Below, one piece after another: positions 63,946 to 64,000 of a DNA stretch of 64,000 nt. This DNA is from a virus. Location of the stretch: the IMG/VR virus record IMGVR_UViG_3300045988_151198. One strand, 5' to 3'. Position 1 is the first letter of the stretch. The number at the start of each line of letters is the position of its first letter. The translations under genes and the position numbers were made by a program. Under the pieces are notes generated by a model. It was not told where the DNA came from and made no database searches. It saw nothing but the letters and a program-made list of their open reading frames with translations.

Positions 63946-64000
63946 CAAGCTGTACCGTGCTCAAGCTGTACCGTGCTCAAGCTGTACCGTGCTCAAGCTG
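63946..64000. repeat. 16-bp tandem repeat caagctgtaccgtgct (more than 3 copies; runs off the window end)
   Basis: Perfect copies at 63946, 63962 and 63978, and a partial one at 63994. Confidence 0.7.

Noticed and set aside
1-64000. Integrase, repressor and diversity-generating retroelement (reverse transcriptase plus template repeat) searched for
   Set aside because: No tyrosine or serine recombinase motifs, no RT motifs (YxDD), and no variable/template repeat pair near the fibre genes were seen in any frame of this window.

Overview
The window reads as a slice of a tailed dsDNA phage or prophage genome of about 41-42% GC with strong AGGAGG-type ribosome-binding sites. An anaerobic class III ribonucleotide reductase (NrdD/NrdG), Tat and lipoprotein signals, and a YjcZ-like sporulation-peptide motif point to an anaerobic Firmicute host.

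Layout:
- **1-959:** a short minus-strand block with a truncated MT-A70 adenine methyltransferase and small proteins.
- **1081-50559:** one long plus-strand transcription unit.
- **50.6-63.3 kb:** a minus-strand accessory block of about 40 small genes.
- **63.3-64.0 kb:** a non-coding terminus made of three families of tandem repeats (iteron-like).

The plus-strand unit contains, in order:
- A replication and recombination module: SNF2 helicase, a DUF2800 Cas4-like nuclease, a DUF2815 ssDNA-binding protein, HU, a Lar-like protein, an RdgC-like protein and a family A DNA polymerase.
- A free-standing HNH-like homing endonuclease cassette flanked by direct repeats.
- An RtcB RNA ligase whose frame breaks at an A7 run.
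- A nucleotide-metabolism module: a ThyX-like protein with a degenerate active-site motif, dUTPase, NrdD, a P-loop kinase-like protein and NrdG.
- A complete HK97/lambda-like morphogenesis module: portal, protease-scaffold, major capsid, connector, major tail protein, G/GT chaperones with a -1 frameshift at A AAA AAC, a 1366-aa tape measure, M/L/K-like proteins, a 1747-aa J-like protein and fibres.
- A large terminase subunit whose Walker A loop carries a 147-aa mini-intein.

The minus-strand accessory block includes an HNH endonuclease, a tandem triplicated roughly 130-aa paralog family, an SPFH/band-7 protein with a membrane partner, a REC-like (crREC-type) protein, a truncated ImmA-like remnant with its own sigma70 promoter, a Cys-rich module present in four copies, and zinc-ribbon/TM paralog pairs.

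Most notable:
- The class-3-like (WCT) mini-intein splitting the terminase P-loop.
- The direct-repeat-flanked HNH cassette.
- A high-GC (about 57%) moron island at 45.9-47.0 kb encoding Gly/Cys-rich proteins.
- A second, extended copy of the major tail protein.
- A possible RNA-repair theme (frameshifted RtcB plus a crREC-like protein).
- The repeat-rich terminus.
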